NCBI GenBank assembly: GCA_963779755.1
Contig: CAVZZO010000001.1
Span: 544,001-608,000 of the forward strand
Direction: 5' to 3'
Source of the DNA: an uncultured Gemmatimonadales bacterium
GTDB taxonomy: Bacteria; Gemmatimonadota; Gemmatimonadetes; Gemmatimonadales; GWC2-71-9
DNA length: 64,000 bases
Shown here piece after piece: positions 9,293 through 19,162 of the stretch. The notes under the pieces were generated by a model that ran no database searches, was not told where the DNA came from, and was given only the letters and a program-made list of their open reading frames with translations. Made by a program: the position numbers and the translations under genes. The first letter of the stretch is position 1. The number at the start of each line of letters is the position of its first letter.

Positions 9293-11530
9293 ATGCGTGC
9301 GAATCTGACGGTGTCCTTCCTGGCCCTTCTGCTGCTGCCGGCCACCGCCGGGGCGCAGCAGAAGGCCACGTTCAAGTCGCTGGGCGAGGCGATGACCGCC
9401 TCGGGAATTCTCAGCGGCCGCTCCGGCCCCCGGAACGTCAACTGGATCGACGGCGGGAAGCGGTTTTCCTACATCGCCCGGGGCGACTCGGGCGAAGAGA
9501 TCCGGGCCACCGATCCCGCGACCGGGCAGGACAACCTGCTCTTCCGGGCGAGCGGCATGACCTTCCCCGACACCAGCGAGGCGTTCAGCTACCGCTCGTT
9601 TCAGTGGTCGCAGGATTCCCGCCACCTGATCTTCCAGACCCACTTCAAGCCGATCTTCCGCCGGTCGGGCACGGCCGACTACTACGTCTACTCCCTGGAC
9701 GACCACGCGCTCCAGCTGGCGGCCCAGGGCGCCCGGACCGCCGAGTTGTCGCCCGACGGCGGCATGCTGGGTTATGAGCGTGGCGGCGATCTCTTCGCCT
9801 ACGACCTGGCGGGCAAACGGGAGACGCGTCTCACTACCGGCGGCAACGACACCGTTTTCAATGGGCATTTCGACTGGGTGTACGAAGAGGAGTTCGGGAT
9901 GGCCCAGGCGTGGAACTGGTCGCCCGACAGCCGGCATATCGCCTACTGGCAGGTGGATGAGAGTGCCGAGCCGGTCATTCAGCTCACCGACTACAGCGGG
10001 AATCATCCCGATTGGTGGAAGCTGCGGATCCCCCAGCCCGGCGACTCGAATCCCACGGTGAAGATCGGAGTCGTGGACGTGAAGACGGGCAAGCAGGTCT
10101 GGCTCGACCCCGGGATCACGGGCGACTACTACGTGCCCCGGATCTACTGGACCAGCCGGCCCGATACCCTGGCGGTGCTGACCCTGAACCGGCCGCAGAA
10201 CCGGATGCAGCTCTTCTTCTTCGACGTGACCACCGGCGGCAAGCGCCTGGTCATGACCGACACCTCCAGCACCTGGATCGACGTGTACGACTTCTACGCC
10301 GGCATCCAGGACATGATGTCCTTCCCCGCGGGAAAGACCGAGTTCTTCTGGATCAGCGACCGCGACGGGTGGCAGCACGTGTACCGGTACGACTACTCCG
10401 GGAAGCTGATGAACCAGGTCACGAAGGGGAATTGGAGCGTCACCCGGATCGAAGGCATCGACCCCGGGAGCAAGACCATCTACTACACCTCCACCCAGGC
10501 GTCGCCGCTCCAGCGGCAGCTCTATGCCGTGGGGTTCGACGGCAAGCATCAGCGCCGCCTGACCGAATCGCGCGGGACGCATTCGATCGACATGTCCCCC
10601 GATACCCGCTACTACATCGACCGCTGGTCGGCGGTGGACCAGCCCCGGCAGGTGGAGCTGTGGGCCACCGGCGGAAAAATGCTGAAGAAGATGGAGGACA
10701 ACGCCGCCACCTCAAAGTGGCTGGAAACGCACGCCTATTCGCCGCTGCGGCTCTTCAGCTTCACGACGTCCGACTCGGTGCGGCTGGACGGCTCGCTGAT
10801 CCTGCCGCCGGCCTTCGACTCCACCACCGGGCACCCGGTGGTGCTGTCCATCTACGGCGGCCCCGGATCGCAGCAGGTATACGACAGCTGGAGCAGCAAC
10901 GGCTACACCCAGTGGCTGGCGCAGCAGGGCTACATCGTGGTGGGGCTCAACAACCGGGGCTCCAACAACTACGGCAGCGCCTTCGAGAAGATCGTCTACC
11001 AGCACCTGGGCAAGTGGGAAAGCCACGATTTCGCCGAGGTCGTCAAGTACCTGGATGCGAAGCCCTTCGTGGACGCCACCCGGGTCGCGATTATGGGCGG
11101 CAGCTATGGCGGGTACAGCACCGTCTACACCATGGAGATGTACCCCGATCTCTTCAGCGTAGGCATCGCCAATTCGGCGGTGACCGACTGGCGCTTCTAT
11201 GACACCATCTACACCGAGCGCTACATGAACCTGCTGGAGAGCAACAAGGAGGGATATGACTCCAGCTCGGCGGTGGTCAACGCGCCGAAGCTCAAGGGGC
11301 ACATCATGGTGGTCAACGGCATGATGGACGACAATGTCCATCCGCAGAACACCATGCAGCTGCTCACCGCGCTCACCAACGCGGGCCACGATGTGGATTT
11401 GCGGACCTATCCGCCCGGCCGCCACGGCTCGGCCTATAATGGCCCCAGTTTCATGCTGCTGCTCGACGTGCAGACCGACTATCTCCAGCGCTTCCTGAAG
11501 CCGGAGATGAGCGCGGGGGCGACGAAGTAA
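9293..11530 (+). CDS. Dipeptidyl peptidase IV (S9B), exported
   Basis: DWVYEEE, GGSYGG nucleophile, DDNVH, C-terminal His; signal peptide. Confidence 0.95.
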   Translation: MRANLTVSFLALLLLPATAGAQQKATFKSLGEAMTASGILSGRSGPRNVNWIDGGKRFSYIARGDSGEEIRATDPATGQDNLLFRASGMTFPDTSEAFSYRSFQWSQDSRHLIFQTHFKPIFRRSGTADYYVYSLDDHALQLAAQGARTAELSPDGGMLGYERGGDLFAYDLAGKRETRLTTGGNDTVFNGHFDWVYEEEFGMAQAWNWSPDSRHIAYWQVDESAEPVIQLTDYSGNHPDWWKLRIPQPGDSNPTVKIGVVDVKTGKQVWLDPGITGDYYVPRIYWTSRPDTLAVLTLNRPQNRMQLFFFDVTTGGKRLVMTDTSSTWIDVYDFYAGIQDMMSFPAGKTEFFWISDRDGWQHVYRYDYSGKLMNQVTKGNWSVTRIEGIDPGSKTIYYTSTQASPLQRQLYAVGFDGKHQRRLTESRGTHSIDMSPDTRYYIDRWSAVDQPRQVELWATGGKMLKKMEDNAATSKWLETHAYSPLRLFSFTTSDSVRLDGSLILPPAFDSTTGHPVVLSIYGGPGSQQVYDSWSSNGYTQWLAQQGYIVVGLNNRGSNNYGSAFEKIVYQHLGKWESHDFAEVVKYLDAKPFVDATRVAIMGGSYGGYSTVYTMEMYPDLFSVGIANSAVTDWRFYDTIYTERYMNLLESNKEGYDSSSAVVNAPKLKGHIMVVNGMMDDNVHPQNTMQLLTALTNAGHDVDLRTYPPGRHGSAYNGPSFMLLLDVQTDYLQRFLKPEMSAGATK

Positions 11531-11532
11531 TT

Positions 11533-12005
11533 CTTCGGCCCCTTCGCTTCGCTCAGGGCGACAATGCCGTCGATCGCGGCTCGGCCTGGGGAGAATTGTC
11601 ACCCTGAGGGAGCGCAGCGACCGAAGGGACCGAAACCGTACGCCAGGCTTCGGCCCCCTCGCTTCGCTCCGGGTGACAATGCTGTCGATCGCGGCTCGGC
11701 CTGGGGAGAGTTGTCACCCTGAGGGAGCGGAGCGACCGAAGGGGCCGAAACCGTACTCCGGGCTTCGGCCCCTTCGCTTCGCTCAGGGTGACAATGCCGT
11801 CGATCGCGGCTCGGCCTGGGGAGAGTTGTCACCCTGAGGGAGCGGAGCGACCGAAGGGGCCGAAACCGTACTCCAGGCTTCGGCCCCTTCGCTTCGCTCA
11901 GGGTGACAATGCCGTCGATCGCGGCTCGGCCTGGGGAGAGTTGTCACCCTGAGGGAGCGGAGCGACCGAAGGGGCCGAAACCATACCGAGTGCTTCGGCC
12001 CCTTC
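11533..12005. repeat. REP/BIME-like array: four 115-bp units plus a partial fifth, each with inverted TTGTCACCCTGAG...GAAGGGGCCGAA arms
   Basis: CTTCGGCCCC starts at 11533, 11648, 11763, 11878, 11993; units nearly identical. Confidence 0.95.
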
Positions 12006-12134
12006 CCTGCTCACGCGCAAGGCCGTCACGCCGATTTCCCGATCTCTTTACTCCCATTTCTCCGTTCCCTGCTTTCTTGCGTTTTTGCGATCGGCCCCCA
12101 GATTGGTGCCACCTTCCGCCCCCGGAGTACAAGC

Positions 12135-13976
12135 TTGTACAACCTGCTTGCCGCCCTGCTCCTGATCGGGAGCGGGTTGGGTGTGTCTGCGCCCGATTCT
12201 CTCCCTGTCGTCAATGCCAACGAGAACCACCACCCTGCCGGCACCCTGGTCCGGGGCGAGCTTACCCTGCGGATGGTTGCCCGCGAGGCGCGCTGGTCGC
12301 CCGAAGACGGGGCAGGAGCGTTCCTGACTATCGCGTCCTTCGGGGAGGAGGGAAAGGCACCCACGAATCCGGGGCCGCTCATCCGTGTGCCGGAGGGGAC
12401 CACCATCCACGCGGTGGTGCGTAACGCGCTGGCCCGCCCGCTGGTGCTGCACGGGCTGGACAGCCGGCCGGGAAACGCCGCAGACACGCTCTTTATTCCC
12501 GCGGGCGAGACGCGGGAAGTGCGCTTCCCGGCGGGCGAGCCCGGGACCTATCTCTACTGGGGCAGCACCACGGGCGCGGCGTCACTCCAGCAACGACACG
12601 GGTATGAGAGCCAGCTGTCCGGGGCGTTCATCGTGGATGCCCCGGGCCCCGTGGCTTCCGACCGTATCATGGTCCTGGGAGTGTGGATTGACTCTCTGGA
12701 GATCGGTGGCCACCGGGACGAATACGAGTCGCCGGTCATCAACGGCCGCTCCTATCCTCATACGGTACCTGAGAACCTGACCGTCGGCGATTCGGTCCAC
12801 TGGCGGGTGATCAACACCAGCGACCGGTCCCATCCGATGCACCTCCACGGTTTCTTCTTCCGGATGCTGGCGCGGGGCGATATGGAGCGGGATACGGTGA
12901 TCGCGCCGGAACGGCGCTGGTTGGCGGTCACCGAGCACATGCCCCCGGGGGGAACGGCGCGAATGGAGTGGTCGCCCGACCGGCCGGGCAACTGGATCTT
13001 CCACTGCCACATCGTCTACCACATTCTCTGGCACACGACGCACCTGCCGCGCGGCGCGGCCGATACGATGCCGCCTGCCGGGATGCCCATGGCGGGGATG
13101 ATCATCCCGCTGCATATCCGGCCCGACCCCGACGCGCCCGTCGCCGCTGCCCCCACCGATACCCAGGATGTGCGGCTGGTGATCCAGCGGCGGGACGGTG
13201 TCTGGGATTCCCTCCCGGGGCTGGGCTACGTGATCCAGCACGGGGGCCAGCCCGCGGCGCCGGATTCGGTGAATATCCCGGGGTCACCCCTGGTGCTGAC
13301 GCGCGGCCGCTATGCCCGGATCGAGGTGGTCAATCATCTCAAGGAAAGCACGGTGGTGCACTGGCACGGGATGGAGATCCACAGCTATTACGACGGGGTC
13401 CCTGCCGTAAGCGGCTGGGGCACGCACATCGCGCCGCCCATCGCCGCCGGCGACAGTTTTGTGGTGGAGATGACGCCGCCCCGGGCCGGGACATTCATCT
13501 ACCACACCCACCTCGACGATCTCTGGCAGCTGGGGCACGGGCTGTACGGCCCGCTGATCGTGCTGAAACCGGGGGAGCATTACGACCCCGCCACGGACCA
13601 CGTGATATTCTTCAGCTTCCTCACCCCCGAAACCCTGGAAAACGTGCTGGTCAACGGGCATCGGCACCCCCGGCCGCTGGGCTTCCAGGCCGGCGTGCCG
13701 CAGCGGCTCCGGTTCATTTCCATGCCGACGGCGGGAGACATCCAGTATCGTCTGCTGGATGCCGACTCTTCCCTGGTGGACTGGCAGCCCGTGGCGAAGG
13801 ACGGAGCGGACCTGCCCCCGGCGGACCGTACGTCCGGGCCGGCGAGGTTCAACATCGATGTGGGGGAGACCTACGATTTCTCCTACACCCCGTCCCACCC
13901 CGGTCCCATGCGGCTGGAAATGTGGACCGGCAACGGAAAGCTGCTGGTGCGGACGATTCCGATCGAAGTGCGGTAG
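12135..13976 (+). CDS. Multicopper oxidase, four cupredoxin domains with permuted motif order
   Basis: HPMHLHG and WIFHCHIVYH precede VHWHG and FIYHTH; signal peptide; TTG start after GGAG. Confidence 0.9.
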   Translation: MYNLLAALLLIGSGLGVSAPDSLPVVNANENHHPAGTLVRGELTLRMVAREARWSPEDGAGAFLTIASFGEEGKAPTNPGPLIRVPEGTTIHAVVRNALARPLVLHGLDSRPGNAADTLFIPAGETREVRFPAGEPGTYLYWGSTTGAASLQQRHGYESQLSGAFIVDAPGPVASDRIMVLGVWIDSLEIGGHRDEYESPVINGRSYPHTVPENLTVGDSVHWRVINTSDRSHPMHLHGFFFRMLARGDMERDTVIAPERRWLAVTEHMPPGGTARMEWSPDRPGNWIFHCHIVYHILWHTTHLPRGAADTMPPAGMPMAGMIIPLHIRPDPDAPVAAAPTDTQDVRLVIQRRDGVWDSLPGLGYVIQHGGQPAAPDSVNIPGSPLVLTRGRYARIEVVNHLKESTVVHWHGMEIHSYYDGVPAVSGWGTHIAPPIAAGDSFVVEMTPPRAGTFIYHTHLDDLWQLGHGLYGPLIVLKPGEHYDPATDHVIFFSFLTPETLENVLVNGHRHPRPLGFQAGVPQRLRFISMPTAGDIQYRLLDADSSLVDWQPVAKDGADLPPADRTSGPARFNIDVGETYDFSYTPSHPGPMRLEMWTGNGKLLVRTIPIEVR

Positions 13977-13980
13977 GCTC

Positions 13981-16900
13981 CTATTCTGTCTTCATTCCTC
14001 TTTCCTGTCTGATTGCCGCCCACCGCCGCAGCAGCTCTTCCAGCTGCCCGCGGTAATCCCGGTACACCGCCCGCTGGCCTTCCGTGGGGGCGGCGTCGGC
14101 GCTCTGGACGCCGGTGACCAGGCTCGCCAGGACGCCGGTGATGCGTGACAGGTTCGTGTCGCCGGCCTGGACCAGGGACCGAAGTGAGCCGGCAGTCGCC
14201 GAGTCGAGCGCGGTGGAATCCGCGAGCTGAGCCTCGATCTGGTGGTCCGCGCCTACCGCGCGCTGCAGCAGGGAGTCGATCGCCTGCGCCAGAGCCAGCT
14301 GCTGCCGCAAGGCGGCGGCGGTCACGTGAACCCTGGGGTCCATCCGCACGGCCAGGGGCCGAGTCTGGTCTTTCCCACCGACGGTCAGCGTCACGCGGTA
14401 GTTGCCCGGGAGTACCAGGGGCCCTCTGGGCTCGAGCGGAGTCCCCTCCTTCCATACCCCGGCGATGGAGAAGTCGTAGCGCAGCGCCATGGGCGTGGGA
14501 TACCGCAGATCCCACAGGAACCGGTGCATGCCGGGCTCCGCCGATACCCGTCCCGGCGCCACCGTCCAGTCCTTCTGGAAATAGCGGTTGGACGGCAGCT
14601 CCTCGGCCGCGCCCTCGCTGGAGAACCGGCGGACCACGTGGCCCGCCGAGTCGCGGAGGGTGAGCGTCACCGGCCCGGAGGCGCCCTGCCCGATCCAGTA
14701 ATCGATGATGGCGCCGGCCGGCGGGTTCTGGCCCAGGGGCGTGGACGGAGGCGGCGGGGTATCGCGGTTCTCGTTGCCCCGGAGGCGCCACGCGGAGGCC
14801 GGCCGGAACAGGTGGGCCGGCGCGCGCGCGATAGTGGCGCTCGCTTCGCGCAGCGGCGCCAGATCGTCCAGCGCCCAGATGCCGCGGCCCTGGGTGGCGG
14901 CCAGGAGGTCGCCCTGGTGGACCAGCAGGTCGCGCACCCAGGTGGTGGGGAAGCCCGGTCCCAGCGGCTGCCAGTGATCGCCGTCGTCAAAGGAGACGTA
15001 CACGCCGCGATTGGTGCCGGCGTACAGCAGCCCCCGCCGCTCGGGGTCGGCCCGCAGCGCCGTGGTATACTCATCCCCCGGCAGGCCGGTATCGATCGGC
15101 TGCCAGGTGCGCCCCAGGTCGTGGGTGCGCAGCAGCATCGGCGCGAAGCGGTCCAGCCGGTGGGTGTCCACCGCCACATAGGCGCTGGCAGTGTCCTTTG
15201 CGGCCGCGTCGATGGTGGTGATTCGTCCCCAGGCCGGGACTGACGGCGGGGTGACGTTACGCCAGTGCGCGCCGCCGTCGGTGGTGACGTGGATCAGGCC
15301 ATCATCGGTCCCGGCCCAGATCAGGCGGCGACTCGCGGCCGAGGGCGCGATGGCATAGATCACGCCGAAGCCGCAGTCCCGCGCCGCGGGCGGCGCCGGG
15401 TTCTCGCAGCCCGTGGCGCCTTCCTGCTTGCCGCTCAGGTCGGGGCTCGCCGCCGACCAGTGGTCGCCGTCGTCCAGCGACCGGAAGAGCACCTGCGATC
15501 CCAGGTACATGGCGTGCGGCACAAAGGGCGAGAATACCAGCGGGGTGATCCAGGTGTAACGGTACCTGACCGTGGTGGGCCGGGCGCCGTAACTCGAGAC
15601 CGGCCAGGGCGAGACCTCCGCCGATTGGCGCGTCTCCTCGTTGAAGCGGGACACGTGGCCGCCCAGGCCGCTGCCGAAGACCATGTCCGGGTTCCCCGGT
15701 TTGGGCACCATATAGTCGCGCTCATCGCCGCCCACCGGGTGCCAGTCGCGCTCCTCGATGACGCCGTAGGGGCCGCTGCTCGCGATCTCCACCGTGCCGT
15801 TGTCCTGCTGGCCGCTGTAGATGTGATAGGGAAACCGGTCGTCGGCGGCGAGATGGTAGAACTGTCCCGTGGGCTGGTTATACCAGCTGGACCAGGTGGC
15901 GCCGCCGTTCAGCGTCAGCACCGCCCCCTGGTCCGATCCGGTAATCATCCTCTGAGGATTCACCGGGTCGATCCAGAGCGAGTGGTAATCATCTCCGCCG
16001 GGCGAGCCGCGCATGACCTCGAAGTGCTTCCCTCCGTCGGTGGAGCGCCGGATGGAGCGGCCCATCACGTAGACGGTATTCGAATCGTCCGGCGCCACTA
16101 CCACGCGCCCGAAGTAACTGCTGCCCAGCGAGCCGTCGTGGTTCACGTACTCCCAGCTGGCGCCGCCGTCCCTGGAGCGGTACAGCCCGCCGCCCCCCTC
16201 GGGCGCGTCCACCACCGCGTAGACGATCCGGCCGCCGCTCCCCCGCGCCACCGCCAGGCCGATCCGGCCCAGGGTACCGGCCGGCCAGCCGCTGCCGCCC
16301 AGCTTCTGCCAGTGCTCGCCGCCGTCGTTGCTCCGGTAGACCGCCGATTCGGGCCCGGCGTAGGGCTGGAAATAGTCCAGCCAGGGGTGCATGTGCATCT
16401 GCCACGCCGCGGCGTAGACCACCGAGGTGCTCTCCGGATCCCAGGCCAGGTCCACCACGCCGGTGCTGTCGCTCACGAAGAGGGTGCGGCGCCAGGTCTT
16501 GCCCCCGTCGTCGGTGTCGTAGACCCCGCGCTCGGCGTTGGGCCCGAAGACGTGGCCCATCGCAGCCACCAGCACGTGCCGCGCATCGGAGGGGCTCACC
16601 AGCAGCGCGCCGATATGCCGGGTGGAGTCCAGGCCGATGTGCCTCCAGGTCTCGCCTCCATCTTCCGAACGGTAGACCCCGTCGCCAGCCATGATGTCGT
16701 AGCGGGCCGCCACCTGGCCGGTGCCGGCATAGAGCACCTTCGGATCGGAGGGGGCGATTGCCAGGGCGCCGATCGCCGCGCTGGTCTCGTGCTGCATCCA
16801 GGGGTGCCAGGTGCGGCCCGCGTCGGTGCTCTTCCACACGCCGCCGCCCGCGCCGCCGAACCAGAAGGTACTGGAGCTGCCGGGGACGCCGGTCACCGCC

Positions 16901-17040
16901 GTCGCCCATCCCGCGCGGTACGGCCCTACCTGCCGCCAGCGCATGTCCTGGTAGAGCGTGGTGTGAATGGAGGCGGGAGTCTGCGCGGCGGCAACCTGCG
17001 CCAGGCACAGGAGGATGGCGGCGGGGAGGGTCCGTGTCAT
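13981..17040 (-). CDS. VPS10/BNR (Asp-box) repeat glycosyl hydrolase-like protein, exported
   Basis: Many S-x-D-G-G-x-T-W Asp-boxes; QPTGQFY, QQDNG; C-terminal FlgD-like and helical region. Confidence 0.88.
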   Translation of the reverse strand: MTRTLPAAILLCLAQVAAAQTPASIHTTLYQDMRWRQVGPYRAGWATAVTGVPGSSSTFWFGGAGGGVWKSTDAGRTWHPWMQHETSAAIGALAIAPSDPKVLYAGTGQVAARYDIMAGDGVYRSEDGGETWRHIGLDSTRHIGALLVSPSDARHVLVAAMGHVFGPNAERGVYDTDDGGKTWRRTLFVSDSTGVVDLAWDPESTSVVYAAAWQMHMHPWLDYFQPYAGPESAVYRSNDGGEHWQKLGGSGWPAGTLGRIGLAVARGSGGRIVYAVVDAPEGGGGLYRSRDGGASWEYVNHDGSLGSSYFGRVVVAPDDSNTVYVMGRSIRRSTDGGKHFEVMRGSPGGDDYHSLWIDPVNPQRMITGSDQGAVLTLNGGATWSSWYNQPTGQFYHLAADDRFPYHIYSGQQDNGTVEIASSGPYGVIEERDWHPVGGDERDYMVPKPGNPDMVFGSGLGGHVSRFNEETRQSAEVSPWPVSSYGARPTTVRYRYTWITPLVFSPFVPHAMYLGSQVLFRSLDDGDHWSAASPDLSGKQEGATGCENPAPPAARDCGFGVIYAIAPSAASRRLIWAGTDDGLIHVTTDGGAHWRNVTPPSVPAWGRITTIDAAAKDTASAYVAVDTHRLDRFAPMLLRTHDLGRTWQPIDTGLPGDEYTTALRADPERRGLLYAGTNRGVYVSFDDGDHWQPLGPGFPTTWVRDLLVHQGDLLAATQGRGIWALDDLAPLREASATIARAPAHLFRPASAWRLRGNENRDTPPPPSTPLGQNPPAGAIIDYWIGQGASGPVTLTLRDSAGHVVRRFSSEGAAEELPSNRYFQKDWTVAPGRVSAEPGMHRFLWDLRYPTPMALRYDFSIAGVWKEGTPLEPRGPLVLPGNYRVTLTVGGKDQTRPLAVRMDPRVHVTAAALRQQLALAQAIDSLLQRAVGADHQIEAQLADSTALDSATAGSLRSLVQAGDTNLSRITGVLASLVTGVQSADAAPTEGQRAVYRDYRGQLEELLRRWAAIRQERGMKTE

Positions 17041-17097
17041 GAGGGGTCCACCGGTTCGGGAATGAAGCTGGGCGCGCCGGGCAAAGGGGCGCGCTTT

Positions 17098-19023
17098 CTA
17101 TTGTAATGCGAAGGCGACGATCGCGTCGCTCAGTCCCCAGAGATCGCCGCTGCCGCCCGCCGCGACCACCACATACTGCCTGCCGCCTGTCGCGTAGGTC
17201 ATCGGTGTCGCCTTGGCGCCGGCGGGAAGATCGCCCCGCCACAGCTCCAGGCCGGTGCGCGTATCGAAGGCGCGAAGGTGATGGTCGAAGGTGCCGGCCT
17301 GGAAGATGAGTCCGCTCGCCGTGGCGATCGGCCCGCCCAGCACGGGCGAGCCCCAGGACGCCGGCGCGCTGTCGCTTAGCTGTCCCAGCGGCACGCGCCA
17401 GCGCACCCGGCCCGTGCGGAGATCTACGCCGACCAGCTGCCCAAAGGGAGGCGGCGTACAGGGAACGCCGGCCGGCGACGCCAGTATCTGGCGCCGCATG
17501 ACATACGGCGTGCCGTGCATGTCGGTGTATTCAGGTTCGATCCGCTGCGGTTGATCCGAACGGCGCGCGAGGGCTGCCCGGCCCCGGGAGATGAGCCGGA
17601 TCGCCACAGCCAGCCGGTTCACCGGAATCACCGCGATCTGGCTGGCGGGGTCGAACGCTACGCCGCCCCACGCTACGCCGCCGACATTTGACGGCACGAT
17701 GAACGAGCCCTGGAGGCTGGGCGGGGTGTACATCCCCTCGTTCCGCAGCCCGCCGATCAGTCCCGCGCAGGCGGCGCGCGAGGCACTGTCCGGGCCCCAG
17801 GCCGAATCGGAGGGGAATCCCTGCGGGCTTAGCGCCTCCACGGAGGAGACCGGCTGGGTGGGAGACGCCTGTTCGCCCGGCACATCGCTCTTCGGCACCG
17901 CGCGTTCCGCTACCGGAAAAATCGGTGCACCGCTCGTGCGGTCGAGCACGAACAGCTGGCCGGTCTTGGTGGCCTGGAGCACCGCCGGAACGGGCCGGCC
18001 GTTGCGCATCACGTCCACCAGCGCCGGCGGCGCGGCGTTGTCGTAATCCCAGAGATCGTGGTGCACCGTCTGGAAACTCCAGACCAACGCTCCCGTCGAG
18101 GCGCGCAACGCCACCACCGAGTTTCCGTAGCGGCCGTCGCCCAGGCGGGTGCCGCCCCAGTAGTCGACGCTCGGGCTGCCGGTGGGGAGAATGACCAGAT
18201 CGTTGGCGGAGTCGGCCGCGATCACCGACCAGGCGTTGGCGGCGCCGGTGCGGTGGCCCCCGGGCCCGCGCCAGGTGGCATAGGCGGAATCGTGCGGGTC
18301 CTGAGGCACCGGATCCCAGCGCCAGCGCAGCCGGCCGGTGCGGGCGTCGAAGCCCCGGACTTCGCCGCTCGGCGCATCGGTGTAGTTGTTGTCGGCCACA
18401 CCCGATCCCACCACGAGCACGTCGCCGACCACCGCCGGCGGCGAGGTCTCCTCGTATTCCTCGGGGAAGTGCGGCGGGTTCCGCAGCCCCTGTCGCAGGT
18501 CCACGATGCCGTGGTTGCCGAACCCCGGGCAGGGGGTGCCGGTGTCGCGGTCGAGCGAGATCAACCGTGCGTCCACCGTCACGGCCACGATGCGCCGGGC
18601 GCACGCAACCCCCGGCGGCGCGTGCGCGTCGGTCCAGGCAGACACGCCCCTGCTGGTCCAGTCACCGAAATGGGCGGCGGGGGACACCGCGCCGTCCCAC
18701 CGCCACTTCTCCCGGCCCGTCGCCGCATCGAGCGCGATCACCTTGCCCAGCGGAGTGCTGAAGTAGAGTGTGCCGTCAAGCTCGATCGGGGTCGCCTCGA
18801 GCGACATGGATCGGCCCGACTTCGCAATCACTTCCCGTTCACCCGTCGAATAGCGCCACACCGGCTGCAATTGCGCAACGTTGGCCGGCGTGATCTGGGT
18901 GAGCGGGCTGTAGCGGCTTCCGAGAGCATCGTGCCCATACGCGCGCCAGGCGGAGTCGGGCGTCTGGGCGCGGAGTGAAGAAAGGAGAAACGGGAGAAGC
19001 AGGAGAGGGACGGCCTTGTTCAT
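17098..19023 (-). CDS. PQQ-dependent dehydrogenase (glucose/quinate/shikimate type, lacking the N-terminal TM anchor)
   Basis: RYSPLTQI, EATPI, HHDLWDYD, ATPMTY, Trp-docking repeats; start MNKAVPLLL. Confidence 0.9.
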   Translation of the reverse strand: MNKAVPLLLLPFLLSSLRAQTPDSAWRAYGHDALGSRYSPLTQITPANVAQLQPVWRYSTGEREVIAKSGRSMSLEATPIELDGTLYFSTPLGKVIALDAATGREKWRWDGAVSPAAHFGDWTSRGVSAWTDAHAPPGVACARRIVAVTVDARLISLDRDTGTPCPGFGNHGIVDLRQGLRNPPHFPEEYEETSPPAVVGDVLVVGSGVADNNYTDAPSGEVRGFDARTGRLRWRWDPVPQDPHDSAYATWRGPGGHRTGAANAWSVIAADSANDLVILPTGSPSVDYWGGTRLGDGRYGNSVVALRASTGALVWSFQTVHHDLWDYDNAAPPALVDVMRNGRPVPAVLQATKTGQLFVLDRTSGAPIFPVAERAVPKSDVPGEQASPTQPVSSVEALSPQGFPSDSAWGPDSASRAACAGLIGGLRNEGMYTPPSLQGSFIVPSNVGGVAWGGVAFDPASQIAVIPVNRLAVAIRLISRGRAALARRSDQPQRIEPEYTDMHGTPYVMRRQILASPAGVPCTPPPFGQLVGVDLRTGRVRWRVPLGQLSDSAPASWGSPVLGGPIATASGLIFQAGTFDHHLRAFDTRTGLELWRGDLPAGAKATPMTYATGGRQYVVVAAGGSGDLWGLSDAIVAFALQ

Positions 19024-19162
19024 GGTTGTGTCCAGACCTGGCCGGTGGGCTCGCAGATCCAGCTGGCGCTGGGCGGAAACCCCGGCATCGCGGTACCGGT
19101 TGACACCCGCAACCAGTCTGCCGGGCGGCGAACGGAAGTGACTTCGCTGCGCGCGCGGAGGG

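Noticed and set aside
11599..11832. Small ORFs within repeat arrays (also 5926-6678, 49390-49995, 31649-32227)
   Set aside because: They are translations of repeat DNA with low-complexity products and no RBS.
11533..12005. CRISPR array
   Set aside because: The intervening sequences are near-identical rather than unique spacers, the arms alternate in orientation, and there are no cas genes.
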